Shown: positions 47,496 to 57,222, counted from the stretch's first letter. The stretch: 64,000 nucleotides of DNA from an uncultured Eubacteriales bacterium (GCA_949747515.1 CATKFO010000047.1:8595-72594), one strand, 5' to 3'. Notes: generated by a model not told the origin, from the letters alone. Program-made: numbers and translations.

Positions 47496-48137
47496 ATGGT
47501 AACAATTATGAAAAATTATGTAATTACAGTAGCGCGTCAATTTGGAAGCCGCGGCCGTGAAATCGGGAAAAGACTCTCGGAGCTTCTTGAATATAAATAT
47601 TACGACCGTGATCTTATAGCCTTAGCGGCTGAAAAAAGCGGATACAGCAAAGACATTTTAGGCGCCGCCGACGAAAGGGCGTCCAACAGTCTTCTTTATA
47701 CTCTTGCCCTCGGTTCCTCGGCGTACTCTCACGGAATCGAACGCATAAACGTGCCGCTCAACGACAAGCTGTTTATTGTGCAGTCAAATATCATAAAGGA
47801 TATTTACGACAATAAGGACAATGAAGGCGCGGTGATAGTAGGAAGGTGTTCCGACTATGTTCTGTCTGATAAAGAAAACGTATTGCGCGTGTTCATAACG
47901 GCCGATTTTGATTCAAGAGTAAGAACGGTCGCGAAACGCGACGGCGTTTCAGAATCAAAGGCAAAAGATTTGGTAGTAAAAACAGATAAAAGAAGAAACA
48001 ACTATTATAACTACTACACAGGACGCAAATGGGGAAAAACAGAAAACTATGATCTCGTAATAAACTCAGACGTTACCGGAGTGGATGGAGCTGCTAAAAC
48101 AATAGAAGCATGCATAGAAGCATGCAAGCTTAAATAG
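47496..48137 (+). CDS. Cytidylate kinase-like family protein
   Basis: 213 aa. ITVARQFGSRGREIGKRLSELLEYKYYDRDLI is typical of this P-loop-like family. An alternative ATG lies at 47508. Confidence 0.7.
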   Translation: MVTIMKNYVITVARQFGSRGREIGKRLSELLEYKYYDRDLIALAAEKSGYSKDILGAADERASNSLLYTLALGSSAYSHGIERINVPLNDKLFIVQSNIIKDIYDNKDNEGAVIVGRCSDYVLSDKENVLRVFITADFDSRVRTVAKRDGVSESKAKDLVVKTDKRRNNYYNYYTGRKWGKTENYDLVINSDVTGVDGAAKTIEACIEACKLK

Positions 48138-48179
48138 AAGTTTCGGTTTTCTTTGCCAAGCTAAAGCTACTAATAGAAA

Positions 48180-48221
48180 ACAGATACGGGCCAGTATAGT
48201 CGGCGCGTATCTGTTTTTTTA
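48180..48221 (+). terminator. Intrinsic terminator (bidirectional position)
   Basis: ACAGATACG-N17-CGTATCTGT followed by TTTTTTTATTTT. Lies between convergent genes. Confidence 0.75.
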
Positions 48222-48277
48222 TTTTGAAAACGCTTATCGGAACGCGTCGGCCGTCCGTACCATAACCGAATATCCTA

Positions 48278-50494
48278 TTAAGGAAAGCGTCTGCAATACC
48301 GCGACATTACCGCGGCGGTCTCCGCTCTGGTAGCCGAGGAAGCCGGTTCAAATTTTCCGGAGTCCTTACCGTTCACAAGCCCTGCGTTCATCGCCATATA
48401 CACGCTCTCTCTGGCGTAAGAACTTATATCTCCGTCGTCTGCAAAAATATCCTCCGAGCCTATTCTCATCGTCTCGCCCGTATACTGAGCGTAACGTACT
48501 ATAATCGCGCACATTTGCTCTCTAGTAATCGGAGACGAAGGATCAAATTCGTTTTCCGTCTTGCCGTTGACGATACCGTTTTCCTTCGCCCAGGCGACAT
48601 ATGGAGAAAACCATTGCCCGGCCGGCGAATCGTCGAAGGAATCCACGTCGTATTTTTCAGTATCGATTCCGTAAAGACGTCCGAGGATAGTTACAAACAT
48701 AGCCCTTGTAAGCTCTGAGTTAGGAGAAAATTCCGTTTCCGACACGCCTTTAAACATACCGTTTTCTACTCCGAACGCAATAGATTCATAACCCCAAAAG
48801 TCCCTCTGTACGTCTGAGAATTCGATCGGAGGAGCTTCGCTAACCGTAATCCTTCCGTTCCCCGCAACGTTCAAATTGTAATAAAGGCGTGTAACGGTGT
48901 TTTTGCATGAAATTTTCACAAAAAGCCTATGAGCTCCGACTCCCATATCCGCAACGGAATAGCTGCATTCGTACGGATATTGCGACGTCGTAAGAGTAAC
49001 TGCTCCGTCTAATCTATACTCAACCTGAATAGGCTCGTCCGAAGGATATGCGGCGAAAGCAGAAAGATCGAGCGTATCCATAACTTCGTCGATTCGCGTT
49101 AGTTCGGCGTACCCGCATCTTTCGCCTCTGCCCATAGAATATTCCATCGCCACGTCGTTTTTCAAAAGTCTCTTATAAAGCTCCGCCAGTTCCTCGTTGC
49201 CGTCCTTGCCAAACAGGCAATATTTATTCGCGCCGAAATTAGTGTTAAAATACATCACGCATTTAATTTGAGGATAGACTCTCGCGACGTACGTATAAAA
49301 GTACTCCATCATAGCCGCGGCATGTTCGGGAGTGTCGTCTCCAGCGCTGTTTTGGTAACGATACCCGCCTTCCGTAATGATTATCGGTTTCCTGTCTCCG
49401 AACGAATCTATAAACCTCTGAATTTTTATTATCTGGTCTTCGTAGTATCCTCGGCAGTAATACGCCTCGTCCGCTGAAGAAAGCTCTCCGGTGGCCGCCG
49501 GCTGAACGTTCATATAAGCGGACATACCCACCCAATCCACATATTCGTCTCCCGGATAAAAGTCCTCCGGCTCAAAGTACCACTGCGATATGTCGTTTGG
49601 CGAATATACCATGCCTGCGTTAGGCGCGTAAGTATGAGCGGCGTCGGCAACCCTTCTGAAAGCCGCCTTGAACGTTTCGATAAAATTTTCCGCTTCTTTA
49701 TCGTAGGCCTCAGGCGAATCCGGAAGCGATTGCCAGCAGTTTACCTCCGCTCCGAATCTAATAAGAACTCGGCAGTTCAAGGAAGACAAAAATTCGAGAT
49801 TTCTACGCATATATTCGTCGGCTTCGCCTGAAACAATGCGCTCTAAGTCTTCCAAGTCCTCGTGAGGAACATTCCATCCGACGACAAGCAGAAAATCCTC
49901 GGTATTTTTTGGAAGCTGCCAATAAAAGTCGCCAATATCCTCGTCAAAAAACGTAGCGTAAAGAAGGCAGGAATTACTTATTTCTTCGTCGTAAACATCG
50001 CACATTCCATGATAAACTCCGGCTCTTTGCTCAGCTCTCGCAGAATAGTAAGGAATATTTCTTACGTCCGCCGTTTCGGCATACACGGTAGGTTTAAACG
50101 CATTGTGCCTGTAAAGAGGCGTCACTCCTTTAATATATTCGCTGTAGTCGACTCCTTCCGCCGTTGGAATTGCAGTCAATTCAAGAAATCTCGCGTAATA
50201 TTGCGCCGCAAGATCGTACTGTCCGCGGGACTCGTATATTCCGGCGATCTTCTTTGACGGGAACATTATTCTGAGAGCTTCGTCCAAAGTCGTAGGATTA
50301 GGAATGGTAGCTTCAATACGCCTAACGGAGTCGATGATCTCTCCCTCGTCTCCCTTTTCCAAAGCTTCAACATACGCGGCTTGAGCCTGCCAATAGGTCT
50401 CCGCGCGTATCGCCGATGAAAAGCTATTCGTGAAAACAGAAACGAGCAATAATATTCCCGCCGCTCTCGCAAGCCTTTTAGTTATCATCTCCAT
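48278..50494 (-). CDS. SLH-domain cell-surface protein with GH26-like glycoside hydrolase module
   Basis: 738 aa. Signal peptide and three C-terminal SLH repeats (FSDVQRDFWGYESIAF..., FDDSPAGQWFSPYVAWA..., FADDGDISSYARESVYMA...). The central DEYVDWVGMSAY / IIITEGGY segment resembles GH26. Confidence 0.7.
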   Translation of the reverse strand: MEMITKRLARAAGILLLVSVFTNSFSSAIRAETYWQAQAAYVEALEKGDEGEIIDSVRRIEATIPNPTTLDEALRIMFPSKKIAGIYESRGQYDLAAQYYARFLELTAIPTAEGVDYSEYIKGVTPLYRHNAFKPTVYAETADVRNIPYYSARAEQRAGVYHGMCDVYDEEISNSCLLYATFFDEDIGDFYWQLPKNTEDFLLVVGWNVPHEDLEDLERIVSGEADEYMRRNLEFLSSLNCRVLIRFGAEVNCWQSLPDSPEAYDKEAENFIETFKAAFRRVADAAHTYAPNAGMVYSPNDISQWYFEPEDFYPGDEYVDWVGMSAYMNVQPAATGELSSADEAYYCRGYYEDQIIKIQRFIDSFGDRKPIIITEGGYRYQNSAGDDTPEHAAAMMEYFYTYVARVYPQIKCVMYFNTNFGANKYCLFGKDGNEELAELYKRLLKNDVAMEYSMGRGERCGYAELTRIDEVMDTLDLSAFAAYPSDEPIQVEYRLDGAVTLTTSQYPYECSYSVADMGVGAHRLFVKISCKNTVTRLYYNLNVAGNGRITVSEAPPIEFSDVQRDFWGYESIAFGVENGMFKGVSETEFSPNSELTRAMFVTILGRLYGIDTEKYDVDSFDDSPAGQWFSPYVAWAKENGIVNGKTENEFDPSSPITREQMCAIIVRYAQYTGETMRIGSEDIFADDGDISSYARESVYMAMNAGLVNGKDSGKFEPASSATRAETAAVMSRYCRRFP

Positions 50495-51743
50495 CCTCCC
50501 GCATTTTCATTTGCCGAGCCCCCTCGGAATCCGCCGGTTTTCCGTCTGCAAATCTGATATTGGAACCGACTGAAAAAGAGTCGATCATACCGTCCTTTTT
50601 CATCATAGTTTCCAGAACTTCAATGTCGCTGGAAATATCGATATTTTTAGACTCGTACAAAGTATCCAGCTGTCGTTCAAAGCCTTCCGCCAAAAGATCA
50701 AGGGTCTTTTCTATGCTCTCTTTAGAACGCTTCATATTTTCTCCGGCTACTCCAACCTTTTCTATCTCGGCATAAGCCTCTAAGAGCTTTAAAGTCGTAG
50801 GCAGATAATAGTTCATGAACGTTCTAATATTATTTTTCTTCTCAGGATGCTCTTTAACATAGTCGAAAATATGCTGAGTATGCTCTTCGATTCGATATAT
50901 TCGATCGGATACGGCTATATCCGCTATTTCGTCGTTTAACCTTCGTATTTCAAGAATAATGCTCCTGAACTCATCCTTTTTGACGCGGTCTTGAAACGGC
51001 TTTTCATCGACGATCGTCTCTTCTCCGCTAACTTTATCGGCGCGTTCGGTCCGCTCTTCATATGCGTCGTAAGCCCGCGAATACTCGTTCCCAGCCTCGC
51101 GCGTCATAAAGACGGAATCTCTGCTAACGTCTATATACGCCTCGTCGCCGAGATAACGTCGGTTTATCATTCTGCTTATGTCTCTGATAACCTTTGACAT
51201 GGAGTTGCCAGTCATAGAAGCAAGGGATGAAAGCGACATACGAGTTTTTTCGCCTATCAGGCCTCGGTACAGTTCGTACCGTTCTCTTGAAGAACGAAAC
51301 GATAGAGCTATTCCGGCTGAAACAGCCGAGACGGCCGCGGAAACGGCGAATTTTGCCGCCCCTGCTATTCCTCCGCCAAATAAATCGTCGATGCGAGAGA
51401 ACGCCGACAACATCATAACGACGGTAAATATCCAGGAAAATACCTCGCCTGCCTGAGGTCTTATCTTCTTAAGCTTTTTTCTTCGTTTTACGTTTCTGTT
51501 CCTACCGCTCTCGTCGGCCATTTCGGAAACGGCGCGCTTAAATTTCTCTCTATATTTCGCGCCTTCAGACGATATTTCGGACACAGCGTCCTTCATTCCC
51601 TTCATCAGTTCAGGTCCAGCGGATCCCGACAATACTTTAACAACAAGAAGTACTACTCCGAGGGGAAACGCAGATATCAGCGCAACGATAATCAGCCAGT
51701 TAGGGATATCTATTCCATCGCGTCCGTGTCGGTTATTGTTCAC
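50478..51743 (-). CDS. XpaC-like (5-bromo-4-chloroindolyl phosphate hydrolysis family) membrane protein
   Basis: 421 aa with N-terminal TM helices. The C-terminal IRTFMNYYLPTTLKLLEAYAEIEK matches my memory of Pfam Halogen_Hydrol/XpaC. Confidence 0.55.
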   Translation of the reverse strand: MNNNRHGRDGIDIPNWLIIVALISAFPLGVVLLVVKVLSGSAGPELMKGMKDAVSEISSEGAKYREKFKRAVSEMADESGRNRNVKRRKKLKKIRPQAGEVFSWIFTVVMMLSAFSRIDDLFGGGIAGAAKFAVSAAVSAVSAGIALSFRSSRERYELYRGLIGEKTRMSLSSLASMTGNSMSKVIRDISRMINRRYLGDEAYIDVSRDSVFMTREAGNEYSRAYDAYEERTERADKVSGEETIVDEKPFQDRVKKDEFRSIILEIRRLNDEIADIAVSDRIYRIEEHTQHIFDYVKEHPEKKNNIRTFMNYYLPTTLKLLEAYAEIEKVGVAGENMKRSKESIEKTLDLLAEGFERQLDTLYESKNIDISSDIEVLETMMKKDGMIDSFSVGSNIRFADGKPADSEGARQMKMREDGDDN

Positions 51744-51815
51744 AATTGTTTCTCCTTGGGGAAAATATTAACGCCGATACGATAAAATACCGGCGTTATA
51801 CGTTAAAATATGCGA

Positions 51816-52535
51816 TCAGTCGAGCGTTTTGAGGTAGTCGATGCAGCGCTGAACTTCTTCCTTACCGGTAGGATCGCAGCCTTCGCTCTCAACTACGATA
51901 TCAATACCCATTTCCACTGCCTTGGCTTTAACGGCGGCGACGGGAGCTTTTCCGCTTCCGAGAGAAAGCCCCGTTCCATCCTCAAGTCCGTCCTTGAGAT
52001 GGATCATTTTAACTCTATTTCCAAGTCTCTCAAGCTCCTTTACAGGATCAAGCTTTGCTACAAAAGTCCAATATGTGTCAAGCTCAAAGAAAAGATCGGT
52101 CTTTTCCTGAAGCTCGCGGTGTATATGATATCCCTCGGCGGTAGGCTCGAATTCAAAAGCGTGATTATGGTAGCCAAGTTCGATTCCCTCCGCCTTAAGC
52201 TTCGGCTGAACTTCATTTACAAACGCAATAAAATCGTCCAGCTTTTCACGGGTCTCAAGAGCCGCGCCGGGAATGACGTATCTTTTATTGCCGAGTATTT
52301 TGTGGTACTTCACAGTGTCCGCAAAATTGGTCTTAAGGTCAACCCAGTCGCTGTGGGTCGCGACGATTTCAAGATCATATTTGTCAAGCATAGCGCGAAC
52401 TTCTTCAGCGCTGTGTCCGAAGAAGCCTGCGAATTCTACAAGCTTATAGCCCATATCCGCAACGGCCTTCAGAGATCCGTCGAGATCCTTATCAGTTGAG
52501 TCGCGAAGACTGTACATCTGAATTCCATATTTCAT
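51816..52535 (-). CDS. Sugar phosphate isomerase/epimerase (xylose isomerase-like TIM barrel)
   Basis: 239 aa. MKYGIQMYSLRD, GYKLVEFAGFFGH, YHNHAFEF and IHLKD motifs. Confidence 0.8.
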   Translation of the reverse strand: MKYGIQMYSLRDSTDKDLDGSLKAVADMGYKLVEFAGFFGHSAEEVRAMLDKYDLEIVATHSDWVDLKTNFADTVKYHKILGNKRYVIPGAALETREKLDDFIAFVNEVQPKLKAEGIELGYHNHAFEFEPTAEGYHIHRELQEKTDLFFELDTYWTFVAKLDPVKELERLGNRVKMIHLKDGLEDGTGLSLGSGKAPVAAVKAKAVEMGIDIVVESEGCDPTGKEEVQRCIDYLKTLD

Positions 52536-52689
52536 ATCGGTTCCATCCTTATTTTCTGTAAATTACGGCGTATAGCCGGATACCGTACTAATTATATACA
52601 ATATTAAGACAAATTTCAATAGACTTGCGAAAACTCTCAAAATTTTTTTATTACTGTGAGTTAACAAATAAGATTATCGACGTCTCACT

Positions 52690-53466
52690 CTAATTTTCGC
52701 ATTTATTAACCCTATTTAAACGATACCGATTCTTTCTATCCGGAGACGAAACGCGGCTTATAACGCCAAGCCTTTCCAAAACCTTTAGTCCAGCCCACAA
52801 ATCGCGGCCTCGAAGCCCCGTCAAAGACGAAAAATCGTTTCTCGTAAATATCGGAGGCGCGCTTTCCGGAGCAAGCTCAAAAAAATCTTCAAGCGTACGA
52901 TAATCCGAGACGCCGAAAATATCGGTAGGAATTCGTTCCAGCTTTGTACTCCGTTTTTTGCGATCCTTCCCTATTCCGTCAAGCATACGATATTCGTCCG
53001 TAGATATATATACGGCGGTCACGGTAAGTTTATCGTCAGGAATATAATTGAGGACGTATATAAGCTGCGCGAGAAGCGAGTACTTATTTTCATGCTTAGG
53101 AGACTTAACTCTTCGAACCACAGACCCGGTATCGGGATCGATCCACACTATACATCGGTCTGTCTCGATAGGAAAAACAATCCTTACTTGAGACTCGCGC
53201 AAAAAAGCGGAAAGCTTTTCTTCCATACGCGCAAGACTCCTCGTTTGTATTTCCGTAACGCTTTCTCCGCGCTTTATATCGGCGACAAACCCGCAATAAG
53301 GAATTTCATGATAACTCCAATCAGGTTCAAAATAGTATTTCAAAATTCGATGCAGACTTTTTTCTTTATACGTGCCGATTCCGCTTAAAGGCTTTTCCGC
53401 ATACGACGCCTCGCCGAATACAATATTAAAAAACGCCGTTCTCTCTCCTTCGGTTATCTCACGCAT
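52690..53466 (-). CDS. PD-(D/E)XK (CoiA-like motif) nuclease-fold protein with C-terminal wHTH-like domain
   Basis: 258 aa. SLHRILKYYFE...HEIPYCGFVADIKRGESVTEIQTRS follows the H-x-x-LK ... D ... E-I-Q arrangement seen in CoiA-type nucleases. The C-terminus (LTGLRGRDLWAGLKVLERLGVISRV) looks like a winged helix. Starts 3 nt after the BlaI-like stop. Confidence 0.45.
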   Translation of the reverse strand: MREITEGERTAFFNIVFGEASYAEKPLSGIGTYKEKSLHRILKYYFEPDWSYHEIPYCGFVADIKRGESVTEIQTRSLARMEEKLSAFLRESQVRIVFPIETDRCIVWIDPDTGSVVRRVKSPKHENKYSLLAQLIYVLNYIPDDKLTVTAVYISTDEYRMLDGIGKDRKKRSTKLERIPTDIFGVSDYRTLEDFFELAPESAPPIFTRNDFSSLTGLRGRDLWAGLKVLERLGVISRVSSPDRKNRYRLNRVNKCEN

Positions 53467-53469
53467 AAG

Positions 53470-53901
53470 TTAATATCTGCTTTTGAGCCACTCGAGAAGC
53501 TCGTCTATGTCTCCCTCCGACAAACTTCTGTCCTTGAAAAACGAATTCATAGCTGAAACAAACGATCCGTTATGATACTGATAAATAAAACTTTTGGTAA
53601 CGGAACATATGTATTCGTCTTTTTTTGCCAATGGAATATAATATCTTTCTTTTCCGTTTTTGTACGAGGCGATAAAACCTCTGTCCTCCAGCCTTACAAG
53701 AAACGATATAAGGGTAGGAGCCTTCCATCCTTTTCTGTGCCCGATTTTCTGCATAAGATACGAGGTGTTCAGAGGCGGTTCTCCGTCCCAGATAGCGTTC
53801 ATCACATCAAACTCCGCGTCAGGCAGCTTGACCGAATAGTCGACGGGCTTTGCCTTGGCCATTAGCTCTTCGATCACTCCGTTTACGTTTTCGACGTTCA
53901 T
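53470..53901 (-). CDS. BlaI/MecI/CopY family transcriptional repressor
   Basis: 143 aa. LPDAEFDVMNAIWDGEPPLNTSYLMQKI...WKAPTLISFLVRLEDRGFIASYKNGKERYYIPL is the family's wHTH. An alternative start lies at 53862. Confidence 0.8.
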   Translation of the reverse strand: MNVENVNGVIEELMAKAKPVDYSVKLPDAEFDVMNAIWDGEPPLNTSYLMQKIGHRKGWKAPTLISFLVRLEDRGFIASYKNGKERYYIPLAKKDEYICSVTKSFIYQYHNGSFVSAMNSFFKDRSLSEGDIDELLEWLKSRY

Positions 53902-53952
53902 TTTTGTTCTAAGCGCTCTCCTTGTTTGAATTTTCTATATTTCCCGACACAG

Positions 53953-53971
53953 CCGTTTTGTGAATAAACGG
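53953..53971. repeat. Inverted repeat CCGTTT-N7-AAACGG
   Basis: Lies in the divergent intergenic region. Related to a second repeat, CGTTT-N9-AAACG, at 54029..54047. Confidence 0.7.
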
Positions 53972-54028
53972 TTGTTTTTATAAATAAGCGTGGGCTTTAT
54001 ATTAAAATAATTATACGTGCGTCTAATT

Positions 54029-54047
54029 CGTTTGTCAACAGTAAACG
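54029..54047. repeat. Inverted repeat CGTTT-N9-AAACG
   Basis: Second copy of the CGTTT/AAACG arm motif, 20 nt upstream of the consensus promoter. Confidence 0.7.
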
Positions 54048-54066
54048 CTAATTTTCAAAAAGAAAA

Positions 54067-54095
54067 TTGACAGAAACAGAAAAAAAGTATATAAT
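54067..54095 (+). promoter_or_regulatory. Consensus sigma-A promoter
   Basis: TTGACA (54067..54072), exactly 17 nt, then TATAAT (54090..54095). Lies upstream of the 54142 gene. Confidence 0.65.
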
Positions 54096-54141
54096 ATACC
54101 CATATAATGTATTATAAATAGTCACAAAGAAAGGCATAATC

Positions 54142-55140
54142 TTGGTCGTGAAAAAAAGCGAATATGACGCCGCGGCTATGAAATTGTTCGGAATTATAGC
54201 CGAAGAAGGGAAAATCACCGTACAAGAGGCCGCTATTAAGCTGAAGCTTCATGCCGAGATAACCATGGATATTCTTGAAACTCTTCTCGACTGCGGCCTT
54301 TTGACCGAGCGCGCCGTCAAAGACAAGCTTCTGTACCGAACACGCAAGGATCTTGACTTTCTTATTCTTTACGTTGGAAAAAAACGTTTTTCATCTTCCG
54401 TTTTTAACGCCGAAAAACGCGAAAAAGCCAAGCTTAATTATCATCTCTCCGGCATGCATACGTTTGATGAAGAAATTTCATTATTTATACGCGAATCGTC
54501 GCTATTTTTTACGCGCAGGAAATTAACTAAATTTGCGGGCGTATGTCTGATTCTTCCAGATGAAGCCGTCTCAATATCGTCTCTAGCGTTATACTCCGCT
54601 GAAGGCAAAAAATTTCTGCGATTATTGTTAAACAAATTCTTTCCGTCGAGCAATACGCTTATAGACGGAAGAGCTGCGTTTGCTTCCGCCTCGCTTGCTT
54701 CGGCGTCTGGAAGGGCTTTGTCGTTTATAATAGACGAACGAGGCTCGTCCGTTTCATACGCCTGCGCGGACGGACTAATCAGGAAGAGCTCCGACCGTAT
54801 AACGTCGTTGTCAGGACGAAAACCGCATCTTTGCATAAAAGAAGACGATTCAATAGAAAACAATGCGTACGCGGCCGTCGACTGCTCCGCCAATCTTATT
54901 TCTCTGCTATCTCCGCATAAAGTTTTGTTCGACATTCCGGCGTTGTATGGGAGCGATGGAAAGAATGCTATACGCAGAATCATGGAAAACCAATACGGAT
55001 TTAAGTCGTCGGAAATCCCAGAAATAATCGTCGGGAGCACCGACTCTTACTGCGTCTCGGGAGCAGTAAAGATATCGTCTCGTTCGTATGCACGAGAGCT
55101 GATTAAAAACCGCTGTATATTTGAAAGAAAGCGGCTATAA
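54142..55140 (+). CDS. wHTH-containing, ROK-like (degenerate) putative regulator
   Basis: 332 aa. TTG start with AAAGG 8 nt upstream and an N-terminal wHTH (KITVQEAAIKLKLHAEITMDILETLLDCGLL). The remainder has sugar-kinase-like length but no DxGxT motif that I can see. Confidence 0.35.
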   Translation: MVVKKSEYDAAAMKLFGIIAEEGKITVQEAAIKLKLHAEITMDILETLLDCGLLTERAVKDKLLYRTRKDLDFLILYVGKKRFSSSVFNAEKREKAKLNYHLSGMHTFDEEISLFIRESSLFFTRRKLTKFAGVCLILPDEAVSISSLALYSAEGKKFLRLLLNKFFPSSNTLIDGRAAFASASLASASGRALSFIIDERGSSVSYACADGLIRKSSDRITSLSGRKPHLCIKEDDSIENNAYAAVDCSANLISLLSPHKVLFDIPALYGSDGKNAIRRIMENQYGFKSSEIPEIIVGSTDSYCVSGAVKISSRSYARELIKNRCIFERKRL

Positions 55141-55190
55141 ATCAGACGTTAATCATCAGAGGCTCAATGTTTAACCGAAAGGAAAAAAAT

Positions 55191-56177
55191 ATGCTAATAA
55201 ATAAGTACCCTATGAAACTGCGCTCCGTGCCCAAAGAAATAATCTGGGGAGGCGATAAGTTAAAACGATCGTACGGAAAAACTGCTTCATTTGACAAAAT
55301 AGCGGAATCTTGGGAGCTGACTGTAAGAAAAGACGGCATGTCTATTATAGAAAACGGCGAATATAAAGGAACGTCCCTTGAAAATTATATTTCGCAGGAC
55401 TTCGTCGGTACTGTAGGCTCTTCGGCCGATACAAATTCGTTTCCGCTTCTTATAAAATTTATCGACGCGTCCGACAACTTATCGGTACAGGTGCATCCTA
55501 ATAACGAATATGCGCTCAACTGGGAAGGAGAAAGCGGTAAAACTGAAATGTGGTACGTAGTACAGGCCGACGAAGGCGCCGAGCTTGTGTACGGATTGCG
55601 CGAAGGCGTCTCCCGCTCTCTTTTTGAGGAAGCGATAAAAAACGAAACGACAAACGAAACGCTCAGGCGTATTCGCGTACGAGCCGGGGACGTATATTTT
55701 ATCCCCTCCGGACAAGTACACGCGATATGCAAAGGAGCTTTTATCGCCGAAATACAGCAAAATTCAAACATAACGTACCGCATATACGATTACGATAGAA
55801 TAGACGCTAACGGTAAAAAAAGAGAGCTTCATATAAATAAAGCCCTTGATTCAATTAAGTTTTATACAAATGACGAAATACTCGCCCTGCGATTCGAAGG
55901 GGCAGTCAAACGCCAGCCTCCGCAAGAACCCGCCGACGTTTTGTGCGACTGCAAGTATTTCAGAGTTTCCAAATTTAATTTAAACGGCAGACTAAAGCTT
56001 TACGCCGACGAAAAATCATTTCTTTCGCTATTGTTTACGGAGACGAGCGGCAAGTCTGAAGTAACGTCGAACGGAATATCGGTAAGCGTAAATGGGGGCG
56101 ATTCCGTTTTTGTTCCATCCGGAAGCGGCGACGTTACGGTTACGGGGCGCGGCAAATTTTTGCTCTCAGAAATATAA
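55191..56177 (+). CDS. manA: Mannose-6-phosphate isomerase, class I
   Basis: Preferred start is ATG at 55191 (MLINKYPMKL) with AAGGA upstream. IWGG, LSVQVHPNNEYA, GKTEMWYV and YDYDR motifs. Confidence 0.85.
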   Translation: MLINKYPMKLRSVPKEIIWGGDKLKRSYGKTASFDKIAESWELTVRKDGMSIIENGEYKGTSLENYISQDFVGTVGSSADTNSFPLLIKFIDASDNLSVQVHPNNEYALNWEGESGKTEMWYVVQADEGAELVYGLREGVSRSLFEEAIKNETTNETLRRIRVRAGDVYFIPSGQVHAICKGAFIAEIQQNSNITYRIYDYDRIDANGKKRELHINKALDSIKFYTNDEILALRFEGAVKRQPPQEPADVLCDCKYFRVSKFNLNGRLKLYADEKSFLSLLFTETSGKSEVTSNGISVSVNGGDSVFVPSGSGDVTVTGRGKFLLSEI

Positions 56178-56201
56178 AGATATCTGGACCTTGTCCCGAA
56201 C

Positions 56202-56813
56202 GTGGTAATAAAAAATCTGAATATTAAAACGCATAAGGCGGTTGCAAAAATGAGAAAACTGAACCATCCGATTGAAAAGCTCGTCGAGACGTTTTTCTAT
56301 AAAGGAGCGGAGTTTGAAGTAGTTGAACGCCCTCGTGTTTTATGGGTCGGATGCGTTGATTACGCAAGTAACGACACAGATGAATCCAATATCGGCGCGA
56401 CGCTGGAACGCTATCAAAAACTAATAGAAGTTACAAAAAATGAACTGATGAATCCGGACTGGAGCGCCGCACTTTCATTTAATTACGGCGCCGACAAGCC
56501 GAACGGTATGATGTTCGCTCAAGAAACATATTCGGATAATCAGGACGAACGATATGACATATATACGCAACCAGACGGTTTATGGCTGAAAATATTATGC
56601 AATGACAAAAATGCAGCGGCGCTGTTTGGAAAGCAAAAGGCAGAGGTTAGCGAATATTTTTCAGATGATCGAAAAATATTGCGCGCTGCCGCTGAAGCAA
56701 ACCACTATCAACAGAATTTAGATATCTGCGTTGAGGTTGGATATCATTGCCATGCTGAATACAGCGCCCCTCCGCACACAGCCTATGCCTATATGCCAGT
56801 TATAAAAAAGTAA
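56202..56813 (+). CDS. Hypothetical protein (possibly GyrI-like effector-binding fold)
   Basis: 203 aa from GTG; ATG at 56250 (MRKLNHP) is an equally likely start. No diagnostic motif. Confidence 0.4.
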   Translation: MVIKNLNIKTHKAVAKMRKLNHPIEKLVETFFYKGAEFEVVERPRVLWVGCVDYASNDTDESNIGATLERYQKLIEVTKNELMNPDWSAALSFNYGADKPNGMMFAQETYSDNQDERYDIYTQPDGLWLKILCNDKNAAALFGKQKAEVSEYFSDDRKILRAAAEANHYQQNLDICVEVGYHCHAEYSAPPHTAYAYMPVIKK

Positions 56814-56860
56814 ATCGCTATTTTTAGCTAGGGTGTATCTGAAAACTCAAAGAAATTGTG

Positions 56861-57058
56861 CTAAATAGACAAAATAAAGATAGAAGATATGGAAACGAAA
56901 GCATAGAAAGAGGAAGCGAGCTTGTCATAGCGGATAGCGACACGGCGAAAAGCCTTGAGTCGGTTGAAGAAACGCTCGATAATGTTGCGTTTTTTATAGA
57001 TCTCAAGATCATATTCCCTCGGTTTATGCAAATTCTTCATCGGGGGAATAAGGAAGAT
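56861..57058 (-). pseudogene. IS5-family DDE transposase, C-terminal remnant only
   Basis: The minus-strand frame reads IPPMKNLHKPREYDLEIYKKRNIIERFFNRLKAFRRVAIRYDKLASSFYAFVSISSIFILSI*. N-x-IERFF-x-x-LK-x-x-R-x-x-A-x-RYDK is the IS5/IS1031-group C-terminal signature. The frame is closed by TAG at 57061..57059, and no upstream transposase sequence is recognisable. Confidence 0.7.
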
Positions 57059-57184
57059 CTAAGTAAAATGAGCATTGCGAACTTTGGGGCCGGACACCCC
57101 AATGGAAAAGTTCACTCATACTATTAAAGAAAATCTTGATTTTGAAGTTGTCAACGATTTTACGACCGAATAACTTAGATATAA

Positions 57185-57222
57185 TATCCCTGTAGGAGCC
57201 TAATGAGGCTCCTACAGGGATA
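57185..57222. repeat. Perfect 16 bp hairpin
   Basis: TATCCCTGTAGGAGCC-TAATGA-GGCTCCTACAGGGATA. No clear U-tract on either strand. Confidence 0.85.

Noticed and set aside
51810-52499. 229 aa plus-strand ORF
   Set aside because: It is antisense to the sugar-phosphate isomerase gene, whose minus-strand translation carries clear TIM-barrel isomerase motifs.
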